Below, one piece after another: positions 1 to 10,841 of a stretch of DNA of 25,557 nt. The stretch is from contig DATFEP010000053.1 of assembly GCA_035250975.1 (NCBI GenBank), positions 1 to 25,557 of the forward strand, read 5' to 3'. The notes under the pieces were generated by a model, which was not told the origin of the DNA, ran no database searches, and worked only from the letters and a program-made list of their open reading frames with translations. Both the position numbers and the translations under genes were made by a program. Source of the stretch: Nitrososphaeraceae archaeon (GTDB lineage Archaea > Thermoproteota > Nitrososphaeria > Nitrososphaerales > Nitrososphaeraceae). Every line of letters starts with the position of its first letter. Positions within the stretch are counted from its first letter, which is position 1.

Positions 1-754
<754 letters not shown>

Positions 755-945
755 CAATCCTTTTTTTAATTATAAAAATAAGAGTACGGTCGGACAACTA
801 TGAATTGTGCGGGTTTGTAACCATTATCAGATTTAATCAGATTTATTAAATCCTCATAATATGAGCGCAATTGGAGATCAATAATTCACTTTTTGGTCCA
901 TGACCAACATCATTATTGATGCCGCCTATGCCTTGCGTTCTAAAT
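755..945 (-). other. rRNA operon 5' leader (external transcribed spacer) with hairpins
   Basis: Lies between the putative promoter and the 16S 5' end. Nested inverted repeats ATCAATAAT(877-885)/ATTATTGAT(912-920) and TTGGTC(893-898)/GACCAA(902-907). Confidence 0.6.
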
Positions 946-959
946 TCCATCTTCCGCTA

Positions 960-978
960 TATCATATAAATCTTCGGT
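960..978 (-). promoter_or_regulatory. Putative BRE/TATA promoter of the rRNA operon
   Basis: Minus strand reads CCGAAGA-TTTATATG: purine-rich BRE followed by a TATA box, about 200 bp upstream of the 16S gene. Confidence 0.55.
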
Positions 979-1033
979 CCATAAATTTGATATTGTTTAG
1001 TATCAATTTTAAAAAAATTTAACAATTTTTACC

Positions 1034-1048
1034 GATAACATATAAATT
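1034..1048 (+). promoter_or_regulatory. Putative BRE/TATA promoter of the hemL-like gene
   Basis: CGATAACATATAAAT about 30 bp upstream of ATG 1079, a spacing consistent with a leaderless or short-leader archaeal transcript. Confidence 0.4.
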
Positions 1049-1078
1049 AGTTCTTTATTTCTTTTCAACATCTCAATA

Positions 1079-2413
1079 ATGCAATTACCTGAATATCAAC
1101 GAACATATCAAAAAAATACTATAAAGTCAAATCATCTTTATAAAAAATCTGATAAAATTTTTCCTGGGGGAATTAGTCATAATATTAGGTTTTTCGCTCC
1201 CTATCCTTTTTTTGTAAAAAAAGCTAAGGGAAAAATTCTCACGGATGTAGACAATAATATCTATGTAGATTATTGGATGGGCCATTGGGCGTTGATATTG
1301 GGGCATTCACCTGATGCCATTTCAAGATCAGTCATAAATCAAGTAAAGAATGGCACATTATATGGAACTGTAAATAATTCCAGTGTTGAATTAGCTGAAA
1401 TGATTCAAAAATTAATGCCAAGAGCAGAAAAGATGAGATTTGCTTCAACTGGCTCTGAGGCTACAATGTATGCTGTCCGGTTGGCTCGTGCAAAGACTAT
1501 GAAGAAATTTGTAGCAAAAATTATTGGTGGATGGCATGGTTTTAATTCAACTCTTTTAAAAAGTGTAAATTATCCATTTGATTCAAAAGAAGGAATTGGA
1601 TTTAATCCGGAAGAAAAATACATTAAATCCATACCATTTAATGATCTTGAAAATTCCTTAAAAATTTTAACTCCTCTAAAGAATGATCTAGCTTGTATTA
1701 TCGTGGAACCAATTCTTGCAGGAGCTGGATGTATAATGCCAGAACATGACTATTTATTAGGCCTGCAGGAATTCGCTAAGAAGAATGATATTATTTTCAT
1801 ATTAGATGAAATTGTTACTGGCTTCAGAGTATCGATCCATGGAGCTTATAAGATGTTTAAATTGGAACCAAATTTGTTCACATTAGGAAAAATAGCTGGA
1901 GGAGGTATGCCTATTGGAATAGTTTGTGGTGAAAGTGAAATTTTATCAATGGCTAACCCTACAAGGAAATTGAATAGAGAATCGTATTGCTCAATTGGGG
2001 GAGGAACCTTTTCTTCAAATCCTGTTACCATGGTTTCAGGTTTAGAGACATTAAAATTTCTAAAGAGAAATGAAATAGATGTTTATAGAAAAATAAATGA
2101 GTTAGGCAATTATATGCGAACTGAAATTCAGAAAGTTTTCTACGAGAATAAGATAAAAGCGATTGTTACTGGAATAGGGTCATTATTTCATATACATTTT
2201 TTAGTTAATAAGGATATAAAGATAAAAAATGCCAATGATGTTGCTTTATGTAATACAGAGATGCTTGAAAATTTTCATTTTGCGTTAATGGCAAAATACA
2301 AAATATTCTTTTTACCTAATAAAATGGGAGCGATTTCATACGTACATAATAAAACTGATGCAACAAATCTAATTAATGCTACCAGATCAATTGTTGAATC
2401 TAGAATATTATAA
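1079..2413 (+). CDS. hemL: Glutamate-1-semialdehyde 2,1-aminomutase-like class III PLP aminotransferase
   Basis: Motifs FPGG..HNIR, D.DNN.YVDY, LILGH, STGSEAT, IIVEP, FILDEIVTGFR, LGKIAGGGMPIG (PLP lysine) and GGTFSSNP. Confidence 0.85.
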   Translation: MQLPEYQRTYQKNTIKSNHLYKKSDKIFPGGISHNIRFFAPYPFFVKKAKGKILTDVDNNIYVDYWMGHWALILGHSPDAISRSVINQVKNGTLYGTVNNSSVELAEMIQKLMPRAEKMRFASTGSEATMYAVRLARAKTMKKFVAKIIGGWHGFNSTLLKSVNYPFDSKEGIGFNPEEKYIKSIPFNDLENSLKILTPLKNDLACIIVEPILAGAGCIMPEHDYLLGLQEFAKKNDIIFILDEIVTGFRVSIHGAYKMFKLEPNLFTLGKIAGGGMPIGIVCGESEILSMANPTRKLNRESYCSIGGGTFSSNPVTMVSGLETLKFLKRNEIDVYRKINELGNYMRTEIQKVFYENKIKAIVTGIGSLFHIHFLVNKDIKIKNANDVALCNTEMLENFHFALMAKYKIFFLPNKMGAISYVHNKTDATNLINATRSIVESRIL

Positions 2414-2415
2414 AA

Positions 2416-3861
2416 TTGCGTATAGCCAAAAGTATTATTATAATCATTCGAGTGAATTCCATTAATTTTCTCCAAATCATAAAGAGAGACCAGATTATTT
2501 TTTACGTATTTTTTATTGGAGTTATTGCTAGAATTGTTCCTGAATTGATTTCATATCCTTTTCCTATAGGATATGATACAATTAATTACTATATTCCTTC
2601 GATTTCTGACATTGAAAATAACTTGGATATCCAAAATTTGCAAATTTATCCAATTCTGCTCTACTTTATTCATACTATTTTCGGTTTAAACCCAAATAAT
2701 TCTGTTATTGTCTTATCGGTTATATGTTATGGTATTTTCTCGATAGTTATTTACTTGTGGTCTCGAAAATTTCAACTTTCTCAAACTAAAGGACTTTGTA
2801 TGGTTTTATTTATTATATTCCAAATATCAGTATTGAGAACAGGATGGGATTTACATAAGGATGTACTTGGTTTGATTTTATTTTTTGTTATTATTTATAT
2901 AGTTGATGATAAAAAAGGATATAGGAAGTTTCAAATATTTTTAATTTTTTCTTTATTAACTGTTATTTTTTTTGTTGATACAATGTTATCTTTCCTGGCT
3001 TTTGTCTCTTTACTATTATATTTTGCGATAAAGAGAAACTGGAAATACTTATACTCGATAATAGCAATAGGAATAATAATATTAATCACATTCTCTACCA
3101 TTAATACAATCAATAATTATCCAATAGTAAGTAATATTATTAAATTACTTGAGGGTAATATTACAATTGACCAGAGTTACAGTCAAATTAATATGCTGTT
3201 GTTGTTTTTAAAGCTGAACATATTAATACTTCCAACCTTTATGTTCGGATTAAGATATCTTAAAACAAATATACTTTATATTCCTACAATATTGGTACTG
3301 ATCGGATCTTTTAGTTGGATTGTTTTACCTAATACCGACCTGTTACTTGCGGATAGATGGATTATACTTTCTGGTATTTTTATTTCGATCTTTTCTTTTG
3401 CTGGTATGAACTATTTATTATATCAATATAGACATTTAAGTAGTAATAATTTGGTTTTTGGTATTGTGGTTTCATGCTTTGTGATAATAGGATTAGGATA
3501 TATGATACTGTCCTATGACCAACCACTTCCCATATATGGCATATTCAGAGAGCATACTGACTTCTTTATACCTCCCTCAATGCAATTTAATTCGATTGAT
3601 ATAAAAGACAACACAGATTTGATAATCACAACGGAATGGATAAATAAAAACACCCACCCAGACACCAAATTATATGGCAATGTTTACTTGAAAGGCTGGA
3701 TGAAAATTTTATTAAAAGACAACAGGACTTTTGATTTTAAAAACCACATGTGGATAAAAAAAGGTATTTACATTGGTAACCATAATGAGATTATGAATAT
3801 TAATCAATCATTTACAATCTTATTCTCAAAAGGAAATTACGACATTATATTGAATCAATAG
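2416..3861 (+). CDS. Polytopic membrane protein, possibly GT-C-fold glycosyltransferase-like (true start may be the in-frame GTG at 2452)
   Basis: 481-aa ORF with about 11-13 hydrophobic segments, first-loop motif YPFPIGYDTINYY and a soluble C-terminal domain; lies next to glycosyltransferase genes. Confidence 0.75.
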   Translation: MRIAKSIIIIIRVNSINFLQIIKRDQIIFYVFFIGVIARIVPELISYPFPIGYDTINYYIPSISDIENNLDIQNLQIYPILLYFIHTIFGLNPNNSVIVLSVICYGIFSIVIYLWSRKFQLSQTKGLCMVLFIIFQISVLRTGWDLHKDVLGLILFFVIIYIVDDKKGYRKFQIFLIFSLLTVIFFVDTMLSFLAFVSLLLYFAIKRNWKYLYSIIAIGIIILITFSTINTINNYPIVSNIIKLLEGNITIDQSYSQINMLLLFLKLNILILPTFMFGLRYLKTNILYIPTILVLIGSFSWIVLPNTDLLLADRWIILSGIFISIFSFAGMNYLLYQYRHLSSNNLVFGIVVSCFVIIGLGYMILSYDQPLPIYGIFREHTDFFIPPSMQFNSIDIKDNTDLIITTEWINKNTHPDTKLYGNVYLKGWMKILLKDNRTFDFKNHMWIKKGIYIGNHNEIMNINQSFTILFSKGNYDIILNQ

Positions 3862-3910
3862 TATGAAACAACGTAAACAATTTAACTAAAATAAAATAAT
3901 AACAACAGTA

Positions 3911-4348
3911 TTGAAATATAAAAAAGATAATAATTGGTTTAGAAGACGTTGGTTAGATTTTAGGCAAGGACATAGTATATATTTAATTTTTATTATGACT
4001 TTCGCAAATTTTATAACGATCCAATACAAACTACTATTGGATAAAATTCCTTCTGTAGATGTATTAACAGGGGGTAACATTATTGGGTTCGCAATAGTGT
4101 TCGTTGCTTTGTATGTACCAATAGGAATACTAATAGGCTATTGGCATAGAAAAAGTCAATGGAGGGTAGAAGCTGAAGCATTATTCAGAGAGAATAAAAT
4201 TGGAGCTACTATGTGGTTATTTGTAATTGATCTAATTGATGGTAAAGTTACAGACCAAGAAAAAAAGGAAATGAGAGACATGTTACTAAAAATAACCAAA
4301 GGAAAAGAAAGGATAAAAGATGAAAAACCAGATAACGAGGATGATTAA
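3911..4348 (+). CDS. Hypothetical membrane protein with two transmembrane segments
   Basis: 145-aa ORF with TTG start, WLDFRQGH motif, two hydrophobic stretches and a charged C-terminus. Confidence 0.8.
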   Translation: MKYKKDNNWFRRRWLDFRQGHSIYLIFIMTFANFITIQYKLLLDKIPSVDVLTGGNIIGFAIVFVALYVPIGILIGYWHRKSQWRVEAEALFRENKIGATMWLFVIDLIDGKVTDQEKKEMRDMLLKITKGKERIKDEKPDNEDD

Positions 4349-4362
4349 AAATAAAAAATAAT

Positions 4363-5004
4363 TTATTCAAGATGATTTAATATATTATCTAATATAACAT
4401 GGAAAATTGATTGTCTGGTATCGATGGATCCGAATATTTTTTTCGTCTAATAGGAATCCGTTGAACCGATGACACCTCAGAATATTCCTTATACAGTAGT
4501 TCATAAGAATGAATAAAATTATGTGGAACAATTTTTTTTGCTAGTACTTCCTCGAACCAATCAATATTGATTATGTGTTTATTTGACAAAGATACTAAGT
4601 TTCCGATTACCGAGTCTATTTCAGAAGGTAATATATGCATCAATACTTCAGAGAGAATCACTAGATCATATTTCTTTTCTGATTAAAATGACTGTATATT
4701 AGATACTTGAAATCAAGTCCTTTGTGCAAGAAAATTATTGAATCTAAATAAGTTTTCGTATTTTCTATTTGAAGGGGAGATAGATCCACTGCCAAATATT
4801 CTTGAATTTCAGAATACCTAGTTAACAATAATTTGGTGATTCAGCCAAATCCACATCCCGACTTCAATACAGAATGAAAGTTATTGAGGGAGTGAAGGTG
4901 ATCTAGAAGAAATTCTTGTTGTAAAATTTTATATTTATCGTAACGAAAATTTTTTTATATATCTTTCCACCTTCTTTCCAATAGTCGAAGGAACTGTAAG
5001 ACAC
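4363..5004 (-). pseudogene. Class I SAM-dependent methyltransferase pseudogene
   Basis: Fragments across frames: VSYSSFDYWKEGGK; SVL..GCGFG*ITK (SAM motif I with TGA at 4841-4843); YLAVDLS; KYDLVILSEVLMHI; ...RQSIFH. Multiple frameshifts. ORF 4389-4661 is a remnant of it. Confidence 0.85.
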
Positions 5005-5072
5005 TTATTAACATTGAGTATTTAAGTATAATATATTCCCGTTGAATAAAGTGTAGTAAATAAAATAATACC

Positions 5073-5886
5073 TTAAGAATTAGATTTTTATTATGGAGAT
5101 AAGTTTTGCTGTTATACCATATCCATCATGTGTCTGAGGAAAATTATTAATTATTTTTAAATCATAGGTTAAAACTTTGAGGTTACAGCAAGACATTCTA
5201 ATGCTGTTTTACTCAAACTTTCAATCAAACGATTATTAATAAAACGAATATTTACATAGGTATCAAATTTGATAAGAAAATTGGCATGTCATTGTAGAAA
5301 ATGGGATTAGCTGTTCTATCATGAATTTGTAAATTAAATTCAAGATTATTCGATTTTAAATAATTTTTTAGTAAACCAATATCTAGGTTATCTGTTTTCA
5401 TGGCACAATACTTATTATTACTTTGTCTTTATCTAACAGGTTTGAAATGTTCACTATCAATTGGATTGTTTAAATAAATTGCTCCTGAATATTTTAGTAG
5501 ATCAGGAGTAGAAACAAGTATCAGATTTGAATTATTCTCAGCTCTTAATATTACTTCTTTTAAAGACATGTTAGAAACCCCATTACGTAATTCTGACCCA
5601 TGATAATGTAAAATAATAAATTTGTTTTTATTTTTTTCCGTATTAGAGGTACAATTTTATATAATGAATGAACGTGAATTACATCATATTGTATATATTC
5701 CTTAAGAATAAAATCAATAAATTTCTTACCATCTAGATCCAGCAATGGTTCATCATAAAATGAAAAAAATTTGAATGGAGTATAACCTGTCCTTTTTAAT
5801 ATTGAAACATTATGACCTAATCTTCTTTGGAATTTCGATATTATACAAGCTACTCCAGCTTGATCTCACACATGTAATATATTCAT
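5073..5886 (-). pseudogene. Glycosyltransferase (GT4-like, GT-B fold) pseudogene
   Basis: MNILHV*DQAGVAC (TGA at 5866-5868), LGHNVSIL, YDVIHVHS, then a frameshift near the poly-T at about 5632 to IILHYHGSELR, ILVSTPDL, YLNNPID.EHF. Further stops and frameshifts downstream. Confidence 0.85.
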
Positions 5887-5953
5887 ACGTAAATTCCTAA
5901 GATGTTAAAAAATATTAAATATATCCATGATTGAATATTGAAAATTGATTTAT

Positions 5954-6784
5954 TCAATTATTTCTAATCATTAGTTTTAGGTATTTCTTTATTCTTTTAT
6001 GTTGTATTGTCTTTAGAAATTCCCTAAAATCATCTTCATACAAGTTTAAATCTTTGCTTCCATAACCTTGAACCATATAGAAGGCACCCTTTGGGTTTTT
6101 TAAAGATATCAAACCTATCCTAGCCAATGAATATAATGTGCTATATCCTAAGGCTTTAAGTGATTTTCCATAAGAAATATAATTTTCTTTTTTATAAGAT
6201 TTTCTAGTTGGTCTATTAGTATAGCTTATTAAATTATTTAATATTTGAATTTTGTACCCTAGTTGTTGAGCTTTTATTAACAAATAAGTTTCAAAACCAT
6301 AATTGGTCGGATATTGTAATCCTATTTTACTCCAGAAATCAAGACGTACTACTCTTCCCGACCCCCGTGGAACAACACTATTTTCTCCTCTAATTTGTCC
6401 AGAGCAAATAGCTATTTCATTATCTTTATCCATGTATTTCAGGATTAGAGATATATAATTGGGAGGCAAAATATGGTCTGCTCCCAAAATCATAACATAT
6501 TCACTTGTGTCGCCTCGCAATCTATCTAATCCAGTATTAATTACTTTTGCAAGAATTGGTGTTCCCTGTGCGTTAAATCCTCTGTTTTTAAGATCCACAA
6601 TTTCAACTTGCTTGAAACTTGAAACAATTTTTTTGGTGTTATCTTCAGAACCATCATTAACTACTATGATTCTATTTTCTATTATATCCTGTTTAAGTAA
6701 AGATGAAAGTGTCTCACCAATGAATTTTTCTTCATTTCTAGCAGGAATTATGGTTGAAATTTTATATCTGGTTCCATTTGCCAA
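5954..6784 (-). CDS. Glycosyltransferase family 2 (GT-A fold)
   Basis: IIPARNEEKFI, IIVVNDGSEDNT and ILGADH (DxD position reads GAD). Confidence 0.92.
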   Translation of the reverse strand: MANGTRYKISTIIPARNEEKFIGETLSSLLKQDIIENRIIVVNDGSEDNTKKIVSSFKQVEIVDLKNRGFNAQGTPILAKVINTGLDRLRGDTSEYVMILGADHILPPNYISLILKYMDKDNEIAICSGQIRGENSVVPRGSGRVVRLDFWSKIGLQYPTNYGFETYLLIKAQQLGYKIQILNNLISYTNRPTRKSYKKENYISYGKSLKALGYSTLYSLARIGLISLKNPKGAFYMVQGYGSKDLNLYEDDFREFLKTIQHKRIKKYLKLMIRNN

Positions 6785-7003
6785 TAGTTACATATAATAC
6801 TCTAAGAAAGCATTAAAAAATTTTTTGTTTTCAAAAAATAAAATACAAATTTATTTCTTCTTAATAAATTTGTAATAACGTTTATTTATAATACCAATTA
6901 TTTGAACATAATTAAAAAAATAAAATCTAGCCTTAATTTATATGGGTCCCATAATATCTTTATTTTTAAACTATCATACTTTTTTTAGCACATAGAAGAT
7001 ACT

Positions 7004-8091
7004 TGTACTAAACATTATAAATTTTCTAGTCTATAATTATAATGAGATACTTTACTATATCCAGATTGAATCTTGTAGTTCTGTAATAGATAGAAATAGC
7101 AATTTTGATATTATCATATACAGGATTGTTGTATTCTATTTTCCTTGCCTCCAGCATCCTTCTACAACATTAACCAGGGGTGGTCCTACTGGAAAGTAAT
7201 CCAGGTTAATAATATGTTTATTTTCATCAAGAAACTTTCTAATGAGTTTAGAGCAGTGGGGACATCTATCAACTAACATTACAAATTTACTAAATCCTTC
7301 TATCTGTTTCTGTTTTAGATAATCTATAAATGTAATACTATTAAATTCGTCGCATTGTTTGAATAACCTCTACCATCTATTGATACACAACCAAATATAC
7401 TTGTTATTTTGCATGAGCTTGTTATCGTTAGTATAGGTCTTTTATTTTTGGAATTCCATTTCTTTATTCTTTCACCTACACAATCTTAGACATATTGATT
7501 CATCCTATACATGGATAGTGCAATCCGATTTTAAATTCAGAATCTTTTTACTGCTTTTTGAATATCATTTTGTTCTTGTTTGATGTAATATTGATAGATT
7601 TTTCTGTCGTACTTTTTGACTAAACCTCATTGTTTAATAGTTGATATATGTGTACTTTTTGATATCTAACTCCGTTCTCTGTATATTTGATCCATTAGCT
7701 GTCTGAAATCAATTCCGGTGTTACTGTCATCTAATTCTTTTTATCTTTACAATTACATTCTTTGGTATTGATGCAGGTCTAGCGCTCCTTGGATAATATC
7801 TCAATCAGCCTGATCCATCTTCATCTAATCTAAGGAACCACTTTTAAGCTAAGCATCTTCACTTGTTTAATCCATTTCTGCCATCAAAAACGCTTTTTCT
7901 TCTTTTATAACACTTCTTTTATAACACTTGTTGCAAACAGGATTCTTCTTTTACCCTTGGATCTTTTTCTTTTATATACTCATTGTTTAGGAGAGATTAT
8001 GGACACAATAAAACAACCTATAAATTACCAAGCTTAATTAGTTGTAGTAAAAAATGTTAGATAACATTATGAATTTATGTTAGCCAGTGTA
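7004..8091 (-). mobile_element. Degraded IS630-family element (transposase pseudogene about 7026-8000)
   Basis: Minus-strand fragments KEKDPRVKE, KWF.R, PRSARP (HTH plus GRP-like), DES (first catalytic Asp, about 7497-7505), LVDRCPHCSK, YFPVGPPLVNVVEGCWRQGK (P..SP.LN..E..W motif) and YYRTTRFNLDI. Many stops and frameshifts. Degenerate inverted ends 7004-7023 and 8072-8091 match 12/20. Confidence 0.85.
7899..7926. repeat. 14-bp tandem duplication inside the IS remnant
   Basis: CTTCTTTTATAACA present twice in tandem; frameshifting. Confidence 0.9.
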
Positions 8092-8260
8092 TGTAATAAA
8101 AATATTCTTGGAAGATTTCAGATTTTTGGAAATCTCTATCTTTTCAGACCTTAATATTGACCAATATATTAGTAATCAATTCAAAATAAAACTTTAAAAC
8201 TATAATAATAAAAAGTATATTTATTCAAAGATAATTTAAGCAACTCTAAATTGCATACAC

Positions 8261-9292
8261 CTAAAGGGCATTGACTAGTTTATTCATTTTATCAAGATTT
8301 ATCTCGAATCCAAATCTTTTCTCATCCTTTTTCATATGTTTATACATTTTCATCATTAAATGAAAATGTTTAATTGTACTTAATTTATTATCCATTTTTA
8401 GTCTGACAATCCTGTATACGCTATCATAGTAGTCAAATTTTTTTAAGACTAGATCCCTATAGAAATTATAATTGAAAGTAACGGGGTCGTTATTGAAAAC
8501 ATTAAGAAATATTTCGCAACAAAACAACGATGGAATAATCCCTTCGCCCAACATTGGAAAAACACAGCCAATTGATTCACCTATTCCAATCACATTGTTT
8601 TGAAAAAAAGGTTCCATTCGCTTTGGCGGAGACAAACGAATTGGTCTTCCTATCTTTTTCAATATTCTTGCGGAAGGGTTACGTTGAAAAAATTCCTTTA
8701 TTCCATAATATTTTCTATCAATATCTCCAGCTCCAACAAAACCTTTACCCTTCTCTAAAGGAAAATACCAAAAGTAACCTCTAGCACCCTTATAAGCTAT
8801 AACATAGAACTCATCATTGCTCTCGATATTTTCCACTAGATATTCATACGCGGGAATAATAAAGTCTTCTTCAGATTTTGGCAACAAGGATCGATGTATT
8901 CCTGTACAGTCTAGAACATAATCATAACTTGATAAAGGAAAAGATGACAGTATACATTTATGATCATAAATTACATTCACACTTTTTAAAATATCTTGTT
9001 CCCATTTTTGTTTATTGTAAGTAACAAGTCCATCAAGTTCTAAAAATTCTGTTTTGTTATTAGGCAAATCCATACGTAATTTTTTTCCTAAATGAAAAAT
9101 ATAGTCGTCAAAGTTTAACCCAACCTTCTCTGAAAAAATTCCAAGAACGTTTTTTGATGCACCCCAAGCACATACTGCCCAATGATTTTCTTTTTTTGAT
9201 GATTCGAAAATAGTAACATCATGTCCTTTTTTCTGTAATGAACACCCCAAATAGCTTCCAGCTACACCTGCACCAGCAATGGCTATTTTCAT
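8261..9292 (-). CDS. FAD-dependent oxidoreductase, geranylgeranyl reductase-like family
   Basis: N-terminal GAGVAG dinucleotide motif, CAWG, DCTG, GYFWYFP (GGR YxWxFP motif), IGESIG and P.LGEGI. Confidence 0.85.
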   Translation of the reverse strand: MKIAIAGAGVAGSYLGCSLQKKGHDVTIFESSKKENHWAVCAWGASKNVLGIFSEKVGLNFDDYIFHLGKKLRMDLPNNKTEFLELDGLVTYNKQKWEQDILKSVNVIYDHKCILSSFPLSSYDYVLDCTGIHRSLLPKSEEDFIIPAYEYLVENIESNDEFYVIAYKGARGYFWYFPLEKGKGFVGAGDIDRKYYGIKEFFQRNPSARILKKIGRPIRLSPPKRMEPFFQNNVIGIGESIGCVFPMLGEGIIPSLFCCEIFLNVFNNDPVTFNYNFYRDLVLKKFDYYDSVYRIVRLKMDNKLSTIKHFHLMMKMYKHMKKDEKRFGFEINLDKMNKLVNAL

Positions 9293-9643
9293 ATGATATC
9301 GATAGTCTTACTTTACTTTATAATTCTTTGAATTGGATTAAGTTCTAAAGAGGAAATAAAAATATTCAGATTCTGATCTACAAGATAATTATCTAAGATA
9401 TCAAAAAGAATTGACTTTACAATCTTTAAAGGTTTTTTTATTAGGGTTTACTAAAAAATAATGCATTATAATTTTTATTTTTAAAATGTAAATATATCAC
9501 ATATATATCACATCTCAATGTAATTTTATTATATATTAAGTAACAATTGTACTAATAAATAGTTACATTAAATATCGTACTTACTTAGTTATAATAAAAA
9601 TAATAGATTAACATAAATATCTCAATACCAAACCATCTACTAA

Positions 9644-10477
9644 ATGAACAGAACACTAATGGCATATATGTTGGCAGCGATAGTCTCTTTTTCTGCAGTA
9701 GCAGGAATAACAATTCAGCCAATACCTTTGAGTGCTCAGACCCAATCAGTTACCCCACAACAAACAGCACCTTTAGCAACTAGTCCTTCATGTGGTCAGG
9801 TAGTTACAACAAATGTAGTTTTATCAGCAAACCTGATTTGTACTGAAACCGATGGTATTATAGTAGGAGCTGATTCTATTAAAATAGACCTTAATGGACA
9901 TACAATTACAGGACCAGACGTAACACCAGACGAAGCAACAACACCAGCAGTAAAGGATTCTAGTAAAGTCGGTATTATGGTTCCTAATCACAACAATGTG
10001 CAGATTGTAGATGGTACAATCGAAGGATTCCAAGCAGGTGTGTTATGTACCGGATGTCAGAATCTCGAAATATCTGGAGTAACTTCAAAGGACAATCAAA
10101 TAGGAATATTCAGTACTGGTGCCTCAGTAATTAAAACCAAACTGTCAACAATAATGAATAACCAAATAGGTTTTGCAGGACACTCTACGCAACAAAGCGA
10201 AATAGCTAACAACATCGTGTTCAACAATGATTTAGCAGGAATAACATTAGTGAACTCAGATAATGCACGCATATCATTGAATTCTATAACAGAATCTCAA
10301 AATGGAATCTACGTAGATAATCAAAGTAACGATAACTTCGTATTCTTTAACAACGTCCTAATGAATACCATCGATGTAAACAATGCTAATGGCTTACCAG
10401 TCAACACTAATAACAACCAATACGATCAGAACAACTGTATGACATCTAACCCAAGTGGTATATGCATCGGAAAGTAA
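9644..10477 (+). CDS. Secreted right-handed parallel beta-helix (NosD/CASH-like) protein
   Basis: Signal-peptide-like N-terminus, P/T/Q-rich linker, SCGQVV...LIC, IDLNGHTI and repeated N..GI motifs. Confidence 0.9.
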   Translation: MNRTLMAYMLAAIVSFSAVAGITIQPIPLSAQTQSVTPQQTAPLATSPSCGQVVTTNVVLSANLICTETDGIIVGADSIKIDLNGHTITGPDVTPDEATTPAVKDSSKVGIMVPNHNNVQIVDGTIEGFQAGVLCTGCQNLEISGVTSKDNQIGIFSTGASVIKTKLSTIMNNQIGFAGHSTQQSEIANNIVFNNDLAGITLVNSDNARISLNSITESQNGIYVDNQSNDNFVFFNNVLMNTIDVNNANGLPVNTNNNQYDQNNCMTSNPSGICIGK

Positions 10478-10496
10478 AATAAAAAATACATCCAAT

Positions 10497-10507
10497 CCTT
10501 TTTTTTG
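10497..10507 (+). terminator. Oligo-T terminator after the beta-helix gene
   Basis: CCTTTTTTTTG about 20 bp after the stop codon; typical archaeal T-tract. Confidence 0.45.
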
Positions 10508-10678
10508 AGTTAGTTATAAAAATTGAAGTTAGAATTTACAGTGAATTTGCAAAGAAACCTACCAAATAAACATTAAAAATAAATCGGAAAATATTTATCC
10601 ATTATAACTTTTAATAATTTGTTAAGAAAATATTAATAGTTTATTTAAAAAAATAAGAAAATCAAGGTTTAGACATAA

Positions 10679-10840
10679 TCAATTTTCTGAATGATAAGCT
10701 GAAACTCTATATTTTAAATATTTATCATCTGGAGAGAACTTTGCTGGATTTGGATCAATTGTAGGATTTGAGCATAAAGGACATTGAATTTTTAGAGAAT
10801 AACGATTACACGCTATACATTTTCTAAGAATATGTTTCAT
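10679..10840 (-). CDS. nop10: H/ACA RNP protein Nop10 (not in the ORF track)
   Basis: Translates to MKHILRKCIACNRYSLKIQCPLCSNPTIDPNPAKFSPDDKYLKYRVSAYHSEN: zinc ribbon CxxC...CxxC plus P.KFSPDDKY. Directly downstream of aIF2-alpha. Confidence 0.95.
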   Translation of the reverse strand: MKHILRKCIACNRYSLKIQCPLCSNPTIDPNPAKFSPDDKYLKYRVSAYHSEN

Positions 10841-10841
10841 G

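Noticed and set aside
4841-5868. In-frame TGA codons in the methyltransferase, GT4-like and RNase HI (18557) remnants as possible recoding or selenocysteine
   Set aside because: The same loci carry frameshifts and other stops, and TGA terminates intact genes in this window (nop10, thrB). Simple nonsense mutation explains them.
6941-6953. Palindrome TATGGG-T-CCCATA upstream of GT2
   Set aside because: Single short occurrence with no supporting copies.
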